A stretch of DNA of 64,000 nt from Octopus vulgaris (GCA_951406725.2 OX597835.1:8432001-8496000); one strand, 5' to 3'. Counted from the stretch's first letter, positions 40,719 to 54,119 are shown. A program made the numbers and translations. Notes: generated by a model not told the origin, from the sequence alone.

Positions 40719-41085
40719 TGTCTGTCTGTCTGTCTGTGTCTGTGTCTGTGTATGCATGCTTGTGTTTTGGGATGTGTATGTGACTACACTTCTGTCCATC
40801 TACGTTCTGGCAACCGAATAATTTCTACAAATCGACTCAAAATTTCTAAATCTGTCTGTTATTGTGAAATAATTGCGATTGGAACATTATTAGAAAAAAA
40901 TACAAACCACGCCGTTCTCTTATTACGCGCGCACATAAACACAAACGCGCATATTTATACACACACTCACACTTACACTCAAGTTTCACTCCACCCGATA
41001 TGTTTCTACTCAACACCCACTTGTCTTCTTTTACTCTCATCCAAAAACATCTGTTGTAATTATTATTATTATTATTATTATTATT

Positions 41086-41150
<65 letters not shown>

Positions 41151-43079
41151 ACAGCAGCAGTAGCAGCTGCAGCAACAGCAGTAGCAGCCGTTCAAGAATT
41201 TGGACCTGGAGATCTCCATTTCCAGCGACTTCGGGGGGCATCTCCCAACGAAGAGCCCTCATCAACGAAGAGTCCTCGACTACAACAAGACGACCACAGT
41301 TTTTTTTTCCCAAGGTCTGGGGGTCTCCCGCCCCTAAGCCCTAGACCATCACCTAATCACCCTTACCTGTCTTGTTGCTTAACAACAACAACAACAACAG
41401 GAGCAGCCACAGCAGCAGCAGTTGCATGTAGTCGTGATGCCTCTAGAACCGGCTGGAATTTCATGGACAGAACCTGCTGTAGTAATGTAAAAGATGTCTT
41501 AGACTCTGAACTCTAAAACGTCAGACTTGCTATGGAATGTATCTGATTGTTTCCTCCATCATGACATGTACAAATATCATGGAGAGGAGGACAATAAGCA
41601 GGTGACCAACACTACTGATAAAGCAATGAATGATATTGAACGAAATAAACTAATATAGCTCCCATTTGATTAAGTGGAAAACTAGATCAAAACAGATATT
41701 TCGTGGGGTTCTTTCAATGAGATCGAACGACTTCGATTGGCACTTCATTGCCAAAATAATTGCTTCGTCTCTATTTCAGGCTAAATATTTTACCCACTAC
41801 AGCAAAAAATTGCTACTGATTCAATCCTGAAGCAAACCACTTAACGAGGAATCTTCAATTTCTCTTACACTGCCGAGGTGAAGTATGTTTCGTCAGTCTC
41901 CGTATATTTACGTTAAAAGGGTAGCCACCTGTTGCGGGTGCAATACGTGTATTCACTTTCATTTCATTATTAAAAGTGCTCAGAAAAACTGATAGGAAGA
42001 CCTCACCTTGAAAAGCATTTATTTATTTATTGTTCAGCGTTCATAGTACATAATACAATAAGATAATTCCCTGGCATTTTAGTAAGATAATCCATGCTTC
42101 TATTCTTCGCTGCACTTGTTGTATTCGATATATTTGGTTTCGGCTGGATTGCATTCTATTGTAAAGCCGTGCATCAAGCTGTCAGGTATTCTATTGTAAT
42201 GGAATCTCTTTTACAATTTCACAGCAGTTCTTCGTTTCCTTTGTCATACATTCTATTCTCTTGTCTTCTGCTGTGTAGTAATATAATATCGTGTTGCGCT
42301 GCATATGATATTAATGAATATTGCACTAGTATTCATGTCAGAAATAAAATAAAATATAATGAAGTAATATTGTGTTAACAAAGAAATTATTATATTAGCA
42401 AATATTGTATATTAATAAATGTAAATATATACGGTAGGACTGAGTGGAGTTGAAAAGGAATTTCTTAAACGATAAATAGATTATTTCGTGAATAAGAAGC
42501 AGCATTTACAGACAGTGAATTCTTCGTTAAAATGTTCGTGTAATTATTTTTTTTTACATATATTTTCTCTTTTACATTTTATTTTTTTTTCCATTTTGTG
42601 CGTTTTTTTCTCATCAGATTCCTTGTTCTTTTCGCAATCTCATCAATTTGAAACCAATTCTATCCAAACAAATCGAAGAATAAATGAAGACAGAAATGTT
42701 GAATTGAGGAGGAGAGAAAAAAAAAATAGTAAAAGAAAAGGAAAGTGATCTAATAATTATTCTTCATTTCATTCCAGATTTAAAGAAGGATGTCGAAGAA
42801 TTGCCTTTTCACGTTGTTCAGATATTTTGAAGTCAATAAAGAAAATGTGTGTTTCTGGCACAGATCGAAGACCGGTTTTATTTTGGTGTTTCTTGTTTTT
42901 GATTTATTTGTTGTTGTTTTTTTTTAAAACTAATCTAAGATAGAAGATGAGGATAGAAGGGGTTATGGACTAGAATTTCTTGGGGTGAGAACAACCTAAT
43001 GTGATTAAATTTCACTCTGTAAGACAACAGGAAAAAACCAAGAAGTAGGAAAATGATGAATGAAGGAAAAGGAACGTGA

Positions 43080-43095
43080 ATAATGATGCTGATGC

Positions 43096-43162
<67 letters not shown>

Positions 43163-43282
43163 AATGATGATGACGATGACGATGATGATGATGATGATGA
43201 TGACGACGACGATGATGATGATGATGATGATGATGGTGGTGGTGATGATGATGATGATGATGATGATGATGACGACGACGAA
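43080..43282. repeat. (GAT)n microsatellite
   Basis: Direct inspection. Confidence 0.95.
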
Positions 43283-43585
43283 AGGTTGTGGAAAGAGTGT
43301 TATGGTAAATAAAAAGAAAGACAGAATGGTAAATGGTGGGGAAAGGCAGCTAAAGATGCGGAAGTGGTGGTGGTGGTGGTGGTGATAGTAGAAAAAAAAA
43401 ACTGAAAGAGATGAAGGTAAAGAGGGAGACATAAATAACGGCATGGTGTAGGTAGAAAGTCTTTGAATAAATAAGGAAACCGTCTTACCTTCACCAATAT
43501 CAGTTGTCATCATTATGGTTGCCATTATTACCACCATCGTCAGTGACATTGCCATCATCTGCTACGGTAGCAAAAGCAGCGGCAA

Positions 43586-43630
43586 TGGAGGCACAATGGC
43601 CCAGCGGTTAGGGCAGCGGACTCGCGGTCT
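43586..43630 (+). mobile_element. SINE A head fragment
   Basis: TGGAGGCACAATGGCCCAGCGGTTAGGGCAGCGGACTCGCGGTC. Confidence 0.85.
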
Positions 43631-43702
43631 TAGCAGCTTAGAGTAGGCTCGAATTAGAGATTATTCTTTGTGGCTAATGGTGTGAGTGCTGATTGTAAAA
43701 CG

Positions 43703-44102
43703 GAGAAGAAGAAGAAGAAGAAGAAGAAGAAGAAGAAGAAGAAGAAGAAAAAGAAGAAGAAGAAAAAGAAGAAGAAGGAAAAGAAGAAGAAGAAAAAGAA
43801 GAAGAAGGAAAAGAAGAAGAAGAAGAAGAAGAAGAAGAAGAAGGAGAAGAAGACGACGACGACGACGAATAAGAAGAAGAAGAAGAAGAAGAAGAAGACG
43901 AAGAAGGAGAAGAAGAAGAAGAAGAAGAAGAAGAAGAAGACGAAGAAGAAGAAGAAGAAGAAGAAGAAGAAGAAGAAGAAGAAGAAGAAGAAGAAGAAGA
44001 AGAAAAAGAAGAAGAAGAAGAAGACGACGACGATGACGACGAAGAAGAAGAAGAAGAAGAAGAAGACGAAGAAGAAGACGAAGAAGAAGAAGAAGAAGAG
44101 AA
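43703..44102. repeat. About 400 bp (GAA)n polypurine tract
   Basis: Direct inspection. Confidence 0.95.
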
Positions 44103-44649
44103 AAAGCAAAAAGTAGCGACATTATCATTTTTGTCAATATTGTCAACATATTGTTATCGTCATCTCAATGTTCATTGTCGTTCTTATCATCATCATCATC
44201 ATTGTCACTGCAGTTATCTTTACAGCTTTGTCCTCATCGTTATCCTAATCATCACCACCTCCTCCTCGTCATCTATCTCTGAAACCAAGGAATAGAGAAT
44301 TGTAGGGAAAACATCGACCACATCTCATGCAATGTGCAACAGATGGGGGTAAATGCCGGTAGGGCTTGGCAAAAATAAGGGTGGAGTGATCAAAATCTTT
44401 TCAGAACGAAGGGCAAGATACTGAGGTTTTATTAAATCCACCAAAATTATACAAGGAAAGATCGAAGCATCGGCAAGAACTTTTTAGTGAAAGTCTTAAA
44501 AACTATGCCAAGATCAGTGTCTGCCAGTTTTAAACTTACATTTAACAGTCCGAAACTTCGAGATTTACAAAACCCTTGTCGCTTTCCTGTAACTTGAAGA
44601 AATGAAGAAATGGTAAACCTATGAAACTCATAATGATTCCTTTCTCAAT

Positions 44650-44892
44650 GTAACGCAGACGAAATGCCGCTAAATTTCGCAGACGAAATGCCGCTAAGCA
44701 TTTCGCCCGGCGTGCTAACGTTTCTGCCAGCTCGCCACCTTACTTGGAGGATAGAAACCGCACGGAGACCGACGAAATGGACTGTTCACTTTTTGAGAGG
44801 TTGGAGGCTTATTCCTTTCACCATCGTTCTGTTTGGCGTCTCCATTTGATCTTTGGCACCGTTAGAGTTCTTTCTGTTGTTAGCATTCATTC
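44650..44892 (-). repeat. Inverted duplicate of 37511-37723 (non-SINE flank plus SINE B head)
   Basis: Reverse complement matches AATGCTAACAACAGAAAGAACTCTAACGGTGCCAAAGATC..CTATCCTCCAAGTAAGG-SINE head. Confidence 0.92.
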
Positions 44893-44964
44893 AATGTGAC
44901 TAATTTATTTCATTACATATTTAACTCCATATTCATCTCGCTTTTAATTGATGATATCGCTCCA

Positions 44965-45468
44965 TTGCATTTCATTTAATCATTTTATATTTGTTAATTG
45001 TAATTTCTAACAATACATCGAGGCATACTAGACACGGAAGGTTCTGTGTTTAGTAGTTCAAAGCTGTGTCAAGGAATTAATATTAAATGGCTGCTTTTGA
45101 TCCAAAAACATTGATAATCTGAAGAGGATTTGGAACCAAGGGCATAAATTACCTGTAGTGTACATATTGGCTTGTCTATCTGTCTGTCTGCCTTTCTGTA
45201 TTTCTGTCCCTCATCTTTGCATTTCATTTAATCATTTTATATTTGTTAATTGTAATTTCTAACAATACATCGAGGCATACTAGACACGGAAGGTTCTGTG
45301 TTTAGTAGTTCAAAGCTGTGTCAAGGAATTAATATTAAATGGCTGCTTTTGATCCAAGAACATTGATAATCTGAAGAGGATTTGGAACCAAAGGCATAAA
45401 TTACCTGTAATGTACATATTGGCTTGTCTATCTGTCTGTCTGCCTTTCTGTATTTCTGTCCCTCATCT
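44965..45468. repeat. Recent 252 bp tandem duplication of non-repetitive DNA
   Basis: 44965-45216 and 45217-45468 differ at about three positions. Confidence 0.95.
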
Positions 45469-45480
45469 TTCTTTCTCTCT

Positions 45481-45525
<45 letters not shown>

Positions 45526-45923
45526 TGTAAGAGCGAGAGAGAAAGAGACAGGCTGACAAACAGATTGCGATAGATTGTCAGCTTGTGTGTTTCTGTCTGT
45601 GTGTCTGTGTGCGCATGTTTATGAGAGATTGTGAACATACCTATATGTGTATATATGTGCGCCTTTGTGTCTGCATTGGCGCATGTGTGTGTGTACAAGT
45701 ACATCAATTCTTATCGATCAATTCTTCAATAGAAATCTTATACAAGTAAACATAGACAAACACACAAACGAACAGCTAAAGGGAGAGAGAGAGAGCGAGA
45801 AAGCGAGTGAGAAACATGTACCATGTATAAGAATGTATGTATGTATGTATCTATGAATGTATGTATATATGTATGTATCTATGAATGTATGTATATATGT
45901 ATGTATCTATGAATGTATGTATG

Positions 45924-45957
<34 letters not shown>

Positions 45958-46487
45958 TGTATGTATGTATGAATGTATGTATGTATGTATGTATCTATGA
46001 ATGCCTGTATATACATATAAAGAATAAAAGTACACAACCATGCACATATATACACTCGCTTACATGCACACACTTTATATACAAACATCCACTGAAGCAT
46101 ACGTAATTATGGTAATTAGGAAGTTATTCCTTCGCCGCCCAATTAATAACGTCACACCAAATTACAGATCTGAATACTAACAACCAGTCATGGAATGAAA
46201 CACTATAAGATGCCGGCTTCACATTACGAGGCTTGCTTTTATACATACTTTACAATGCAAATTGTACACTTCCACACATGGCCCTGGTTACGCAATTACG
46301 TATGTCAACCCAGCCAGTGTAAATGCACTTTTAGCTATGTTCACACACATACTTCTATTATTCCATTATCTTGCTAACAGTTTTTCACTATGATGATACC
46401 ACATATTTTGCTTTCAGGATTTTAAAAGATCATTTGTCTTGATTTCAGACGAGTGTTTTTAATTATTTTGTTAAAAAAATGATGAAA

Positions 46488-46700
46488 GGAGGCGCAATGG
46501 CCTAGTGGTTAGGGCAGCGGACTCGCGGTCTCAGGATCGCGGTTTCGATTCTCAGACCGGGCGTTGTGTGTGTTTATTGAGCGAAAACACCTAAAAGCTC
46601 TACGAGGCTCCGGCATGGGGTGGTGATCCCTGCTGTACTCTTTCACCACAATGGCGGTGCCCCAGCATGGCCACAGCTCAAGAGCTGAAACTGGAAAAAC
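46488..46700 (+). mobile_element. Chimeric SINE: family A 5' part joined to a family C-like 3' end
   Basis: A sequence to TTCACCACAA (46651), then GGCGGTGCCCCAGCATGGCCACAG..CTGAAAC as in family C tails. Confidence 0.8.
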
Positions 46701-47019
46701 AAAAACAAAAAAACAAAAAAGGGCTTATCACATACGTACATGCATACAAACACATGTGAAAACATACATTCATGAATGTATGAAGGTGGGTGGGTGGGAT
46801 TTACACATGTATCAAATACATGCAAAAAACACGCGCACACATATACTATCATCGCACGCAGCACTCCTTACTATTGGGTCACGCTACGCGCGCACAGACA
46901 TTTATACACTCCATACACACATACACACACTCACACATACAATGCCTAATTTTGCATACTCCTACCTTCAACAACCTCATTCTCTGTCTTCAAATTCCGG
47001 TCAGTTATTTTGGGGGCCA

Positions 47020-47225
47020 TGTAATGAATCACGTGTATTTCTCCGGACTATCTGCTCCTTCTTTATATTCCCCTTCTCTGGACATTTTCCCCGTTTCTGA
47101 CGAAGAGCCATGCACGAAACATTACTCCTATCTTTCTATTTAAAACTTTCACTGAACATCAATCTAATATATAATCACTCTGTACCTCCTGTTTTCTTTT
47201 GTTTATTTTTATATAACAAATATAC
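47020..47225 (+). mobile_element. Diverged hammerhead family H1 element (motif at 47093-47123)
   Basis: GTTT-CTGACGA-AGAGCCATGCAC-GAAA-CATT; flanks resemble the reverse complement of 886-1093; helices partly decayed. Confidence 0.6.
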
Positions 47226-47231
47226 ACATTA

Positions 47232-47338
<107 letters not shown>

Positions 47339-47500
47339 GGAGTGGCTGTGTGGTAAGTAGCTTACTAATCAACCACATGGTTCCGGGTTCAGTCACACTG
47401 CGTGGCACCTTGGGCAAGTGTCTTCTACTATAGCCCCGGGCTGACCAATGCCTTGTGAGTGGATTTGGTAACGGAAACTGAAAGAAGCCTGTCGTATATA

Positions 47501-47568
<68 letters not shown>

Positions 47569-47782
47569 AATGTGTTTGTGTGTCTGTGTTTGTCCCCCTA
47601 GCATTGCTTGACAACCGATGCTGGTGTGTTTACGTCCCCGTAACTTAGCCGTTCGGCAATGGAGACCAATAGAATAAGTACTGGGCTTACAAAGAATAAG
47701 TCCCGGGGTCGATTTGCTCGATTAAGGGGCGGTGCTCCAGCATGGCCGCAGTCAAATGACTGAAACAAGTAAAAAGGAGAGA
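47339..47782 (+). mobile_element. SINE family C inserted in (TA)n
   Basis: Same head, internal microsatellite and tail as other C copies. Confidence 0.92.
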
Positions 47783-47823
<41 letters not shown>

Positions 47824-48324
47824 GCTATATATGCTTGTGTTGATACAGATATATATGTGAATAATGCGATTTCTTTGCCAAACGTAAATTCTTCTACTTG
47901 TGTGCATTCATACACAAATATATATATATATATATGTGTATGTGTGTGTGTATGTATGTATGTATATACACAAACAAAGCTCACGCACACACACACACAA
48001 ACACTTATTCAATTATTCTACTCCATACATACGCCCATTTTTCTGCCGTTTGTTTTGTCTGTCAACGACGAGAAATTTCAATAACACACAACAAGACACA
48101 TTGAAGTGGAGATAACAATTCATTGAGAATGAAGACAACATTGTAAACAGAAGAACAGTTATAGAGAAAGAAAGAAATAAAAAAAACGACGAATACATTG
48201 GCAGTTATGCAATCAATGAACTTCGCCTCGGGTAACTTTGAGTACATCTCTGTATCGCCATTGCGATCGCATTAACAAATCATAAAGAATATTTTATTAT
48301 CATTTTCTCACTCCATCCACCGCA

Positions 48325-48426
<102 letters not shown>

Positions 48427-48466
48427 TGCTGTGGATGGAGTGAGAAAATAATAAAATATTCTGTAA

Positions 48467-48508
<42 letters not shown>

Positions 48509-48546
48509 GTATATATGTATATGTATATGTATATACATATACATGT

Positions 48547-48648
<102 letters not shown>

Positions 48649-48687
48649 GTGTGTGTGTGTGTGCGTGTATATATGTATGTATATATA

Positions 48688-48744
<57 letters not shown>

Positions 48745-48821
48745 TAGATATATATATGCAGTAGTCCACATGCTAGATAGATATACAGATAGACAGATAG
48801 ACAGAGACAGACAAACATATA

Positions 48822-48873
<52 letters not shown>

Positions 48874-49189
48874 CAGAGAGAGAGATGGAGCGTAAGGGAG
48901 GAGATTGAGGAGGAAAGCGAGGAGAGACTGAAATCATAATAAAATGTACGAATGTGATTTCTGTAAGGGAAGGAAAGAATATAATTAGAAAAAAAAGTAT
49001 GTGAATTTTTTTTTGTGGAGAAATATGTTTTGAGAAAAAAGGCAGAAGCAAAAAATTGAAAGCTGATTCCATTTGTCATTCATTTTCCACTTAGAATGGG
49101 AAGAATGGTATTTTAATTGTAATTATAGACAGCGGAATCTGGTTTTGGGGATGTTGTTGTCAATGTGTATCCAAGGAGAAGTGTTCCCA

Positions 49190-50218
49190 AATAGATAGAT
49201 TGGTGGATAGGTAGGTAGGTAGGGTAGGTGGGTAGATAGGTAAGTAGGTAGATAGGCAGGTAGGTAGATAGATAGGTATGTAGGTAGGTAGGTTGGTAGA
49301 TAGATAAATAGATAGATGGGTAGGTAGATGGGTAGGTAGGTAGGCAAGTAGGTAGATAGGTCGGTAGATAGGTAGGTAGATAGATAAGTAGGTAGATGGG
49401 TGGGTAGATGGGTGGGTAGATGGGTAGGTAGGTAGGCAAGTAGGTAGATAGGTCGGTAGATAGGTAGGTAGAGAGATAAGTAGGTAGATGGGTAGGTAGA
49501 TGGGTAGGTAGGTAGGCAAGTAGGTAGATGGGTAGGTAGATGGGTAGGTAGGTAGATAGGTAGGCAAGTAGGTAGGTAGGTAGGTAGGTAGGTAGGTAGA
49601 GAGATAAGTAGGTAGATGGGTAGGTAGATGGGTAGGTAGGTAGGCAAGTAGGTAGATAGGTCGGTAGATAGGTAGGTAGAGAGATAAGTAGGTAGATGGG
49701 TAGGTAGATGGGTAGTAGGTAGGCAAGTAGGTAGGTAGGTAGGTAGGTACGTAGGTAGGTAGGTAGGGCGGCGAGCTGGCAGAAACGTTAGCACGCCGGG
49801 CGAAATGAGTAGCCGTATTTTGTCGTTACGTTGTGAGTTCAAATTCCGCCGAGGGCGACTTTGCCTTTCATTCTTTCGGGGTCGATAAATTAAGTACCAG
49901 TTACGCACTGGGGTCGATGCAATCGACTTAATACCTATGTCTGTCTTTGTTTGTCCCCTCTGTATTTAGCCCCTTGTGGGTAATAAAGAAATAGGTAGAT
50001 AGGTAAGTAGGTAGATGGGTAGGTATGTAGGTAGGTAGATAGGCAGGTTGGTAGATTGGTAGGTAGATAGGTAGGTAGATAGGTAGGTAGGTAGATAGGT
50101 AGGTAGATGGGTAGGTAGGTAGGTAGGTAGGTAGATAGGTAGGTAGGTAGGTAGGTAGGTAGGTTGGAAGGTAGGTAGGTAGGCAGGCAGTCAGGCAGGC
50201 AGGCAGGCAGGCAGCAGG
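49190..50218. repeat. (TAGG/TAGA)n compound satellite with higher-order blocks, interrupted by SINE B
   Basis: Block GGCAAGTAGGTAGATAGGTCGGTAGATAGG recurs three times. Confidence 0.9.
49766..49995 (+). mobile_element. SINE family B, single full copy
   Basis: GGCGGCGAGCTGGCAGAAACG head, B box-like GAGTTCAAATTCC, ends AAAGAAATAGGT. Confidence 0.92.
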
Positions 50219-50350
50219 CAGAAATTCCAATTTCTTCTTGCGGGGACCTGCGGCAAGTTCGTGTGGGAGGCCTTTATTCGCAGTGGTCCACATTCTAGAT
50301 AGATAGACAGATAAACAAAGACACACAGACAGATATATATATATATATAT

Positions 50351-50385
<35 letters not shown>

Positions 50386-50760
50386 AATGTGAGTTTTATA
50401 GGATGTGATGTGCAAGTTGTTTTGAATGTGATCTGTGAACTGTGTAAAAACGGGAGATCTGTGCGTTATGTGAAGATATCATATAGAGTAAGATGTATGA
50501 AATATGAACTGGAGTTGTGTGGGATAACTACCATATGAGCTCTGTCGACGGTTAGTGGGAATGGTGGGTGCATAGGTCGTGGTTTGTGTCATGACTTCGA
50601 AGAGAAAATATTTTGCATAAAATATATTCTATGAATTTTAAGATGTTCATAAACAGGATTTAAAATAGGCAATAGGAGGCATGAGAACCACAATGTACAG
50701 GAAACCGTAGAAATATCTACATATAAATAGATTGAAATACTAAGTATACAGCCTGGAATA

Positions 50761-51155
50761 TCTATATATATAAAACTGTAGTTGTGTGAGTGTCTGTCCC
50801 CTTCGATTTAGATTCCTAACTCCTCCCACATTTTGCGATGCAGTTTAACCAAAACCGGGTATTTTATAGTCGTGATTCATATCGAGCCCTTCTGGGTATT
50901 AGCGCGTGTCTACGATGAGTCTACGATTTTAAAAACAAATTACCATCATTTTTTTCCATTTTAATGCATATTTTTTAATAAAGGGAAGTAACTCTCTAAA
51001 AATGTCTACGATGAGTCAACGATTTTTTAAAAAAATTACCATAATTTTTTTTCCATTTTTAATGCATTTTTTGCTATTTTTTGGCTATAACTCTCCAAAA
51101 ATGCTTTATAGTTATTTCCCTTACAAACCCGAGCAACGCCGGGCGATACTGCTAG
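50761..51155 (+). mobile_element. Non-autonomous Helitron
   Basis: 5' TC, 3' CTAG, inserted between A and T with no TSD; GC hairpin CCCGAGC-AAC-GCCGGG at 51128-51143; internal duplication of about 60 bp. Confidence 0.85.
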
Positions 51156-51877
51156 TAATTAATAAAAACAACAGGGATTTGGAACAGCCAAAAAGCAGGT
51201 GAAGTTCGGAAAAGTTGTGATCTGTTCTACTGGAGGGTATATCCTCCTTAGAAAATCTTGAGGCTGATGAATGGTACGGTGAAGATGTTATTGAAATCTG
51301 ATTGTGTTTGTCTAAGTGTTGTTGTTGTTGTTGTTGTTGTATTGATTTCTAGAATTTTGAAGATGACAAGAATTTAAAACAAAATACACATTTTAATGGT
51401 CTGAAAATTTCTGCAAAATTATTGCCACAAAACGGCTGTTGCTGTTGTTGTTGTTGTTGTTCTTGTTCTATTTGTACTTCTTCGAGACAATTCTTTGTAT
51501 ACTTAGACGCTTTACTCTTGATTTCGATTTTAATGAGTTTTGAAAGTTTATCTTTTGTTGTTGGTGGAAAATTGAATGATTGATATTGTATCGATTATCA
51601 CTTTGGCAAATTCCTGCAATGTAAAGATCTCAAGTGTTTTGCTAAAAATGTTTTCGGTCTTAAATATGAAGGAGGAATATTTAATTATTTGAGTGTATAC
51701 ATACACTCTCCACGCACGTATACATACACACACACGCACACACACACTTATACATATACGTATATGTATATATGTATATATACTTATATATATGTGTGTG
51801 TGTGTATGTATGCATGTATGTATATGTATGTACATATGCATGTATGTATATGTACGTATATGCATGTATATATATAT

Positions 51878-51927
<50 letters not shown>

Positions 51928-52139
51928 CGTGAGAGAGAGAGAGAGAGAGAGAGAGAGCGTGGGTATGTCTGCATGTGTATACGTGTGTAAAAGACACATA
52001 CAGCTCACTGTTTCTCAATATATATAGTCTTTCACTGGGACATTCCACCAGCACACCTTTTTATTATGAGCGGCTATGGCATCTGCCTTAATGTGAGTTC
52101 TTATTTCTTTGTCCTCGGGATTATCATTCCGACGGATTT

Positions 52140-53215
52140 AATTATAGAGTGCCCTAGCTACAGCAGGATCAACTTCTAACTGATCTTTCAGTTCATGACA
52201 CGCATTCAGTTGTGACTGCTTTTGATTCTCCGTGAGCAAGCGAGGCATAAATTTTGCTGCAACTCTTGTCATTCTCAATTTCTCGCTCAAAATTCGTTGG
52301 CAGGAGGTCCAGGACACACCAGTCATATTAAGGAGTCAATGATGTTTGACAAATATTAACAAGTTCGTGATGTTTTCATTCGTTTGGGAAGTAGACTGTT
52401 GCCCTGTACGAGATATAGAGAATACCAAACGAGTTCCCTATGGATACCATATTTATTACAACGAGTGGCTTATAAACGTATCTAACGAGCGAAAGCTAGT
52501 TAAATACGATTACAAGCCACGAGTTGTAATAAAAACGGTATCCATAGGGAACTCGTTTGGTATTTCATTTATTACACACGAATAAACGACCATATTTTAT
52601 TAACCCAATAACTAATTTCTTAACGTTTAGTTGTAACTTATGAATGACAAAAGTAGTGCCGTCACTGTGACCTCAGGTCATCACCATGGATTGACCAATC
52701 AGAAGCAGCGCTGTCACCGTGACCTCGGGTCATCACCATGGATTGACCAATCAGAAGCAGCGCTCGCAGTATCTGACATACGTTAGATACCCAAAATATC
52801 TCAAAGTGTTCTCACTCACATGTGTGTAATAATAGATTGTTTTAAAGCGACATGTGACAATTGCCAGAGCGTGAAAGCTACTCCCAAGCTAGTGTTTTGT
52901 TTATGACAACGTCCTTGTAAGCTGTTTCATGCATGACAACTGTTTCGGCCGCCATTTTACCCAGTAGAAACAGAATTTCACGGAAGCACGCCGTTCCTTG
53001 GTTTCATCCATTGTAAAAATCGACGAACAGGGGAGAAGAACTGTCAAAACTGTGACGCACCACATGACAGCATGCCCCTCCCCCCACCAGACAACGCTTA
53101 TCGGAAGAGTGATGCCTTAGGATCGCACCTAATGGCTTCTAGCGGCAGAAGCCTGAACTATAACGAGCTTGTCCCACAGATAACATTTCCAGTTACTTTT
53201 TGGTACGTCCTCGTA
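52140..53215 (-). mobile_element. Mariner 5' half interrupted by a palindromic insert
   Basis: TIR TACGAGGACGTACCAAAAAGTAACTGGAAATG on the minus strand near 53215; MDETKERRASVKFC..AAETV near 53010; SCQRILSEKLRMTRVAAKFMPRLLT at 52138-52326. Confidence 0.85.
52415..52835. mobile_element. Palindromic non-autonomous element (Crypton-like or MITE-like) nested in the mariner
   Basis: 70-bp arms 52421-52490 and 52495-52564 around GAAA; TTATTACACAC..GTGTGTAATAA sub-terminal inverted pair; 52-bp tandem duplicate 52661-52764; class assignment is inference. Confidence 0.65.
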
Positions 53216-53363
53216 TGCATGTGACATGTATAATTGACTATATCTTTATAGATTTGTGCGCAAGAACACACACCTGTGTTCTTGTACGCATCCATACTAT
53301 ATTAATACATAGACATGTGTATACATACGCATATATGCACGCACACACACACACGTGTATGTA

Positions 53364-53454
<91 letters not shown>

Positions 53455-53505
53455 CTGTTGCTGTTTGTATGTATGTATACATACATACAGCAACAACTAT
53501 GTATA

Positions 53506-53549
<44 letters not shown>

Positions 53550-53558
53550 CATATATAC

Positions 53559-53619
<61 letters not shown>

Positions 53620-53897
53620 TCTAACGGAGTTACACATTTTAAAATGTCTGCAACCGGAAGCAATTGACAAGTTATGTAGATCTGTAAACAGATGACTGAA
53701 TATAATTGTCTTTGTGTCTTTGACTAAATCAGTTTACTAATAAACAGGTACTACCAAATGTTGGAGACATTACTTGAAAAACACTCACACACTCACACAC
53801 ACATACACCCACATTCATAAACACATTGATACCTACAGACATGTATACATATACACATACACATAAGCAAACGTCGCCTCATCGTTAAGTTTCCCCA

Positions 53898-53962
53898 TTT
53901 AATTTGATCGATTATAATTTGATTGATTATAATTTGATTGATTATAATTTGATTGATTATAA
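53898..53962. repeat. 15-bp minisatellite (ATTATAATTTGATTG) about four copies
   Basis: Direct inspection. Confidence 0.9.
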
Positions 53963-54117
53963 ATCGAGATGCCATCAATTATCTCGCATTTGTATCAGTT
54001 TCTACAGAATGCAATAAAACTGTTCGGAATTGTTTCGCAGAACCTGGTGCCTAACTTTACAACTTCGATTTCTTGTTCTGCTAGTTTTTTAATTCTCGTT
54101 TTTCCCTGCTTCCAATT

Positions 54118-54119
<2 letters not shown>

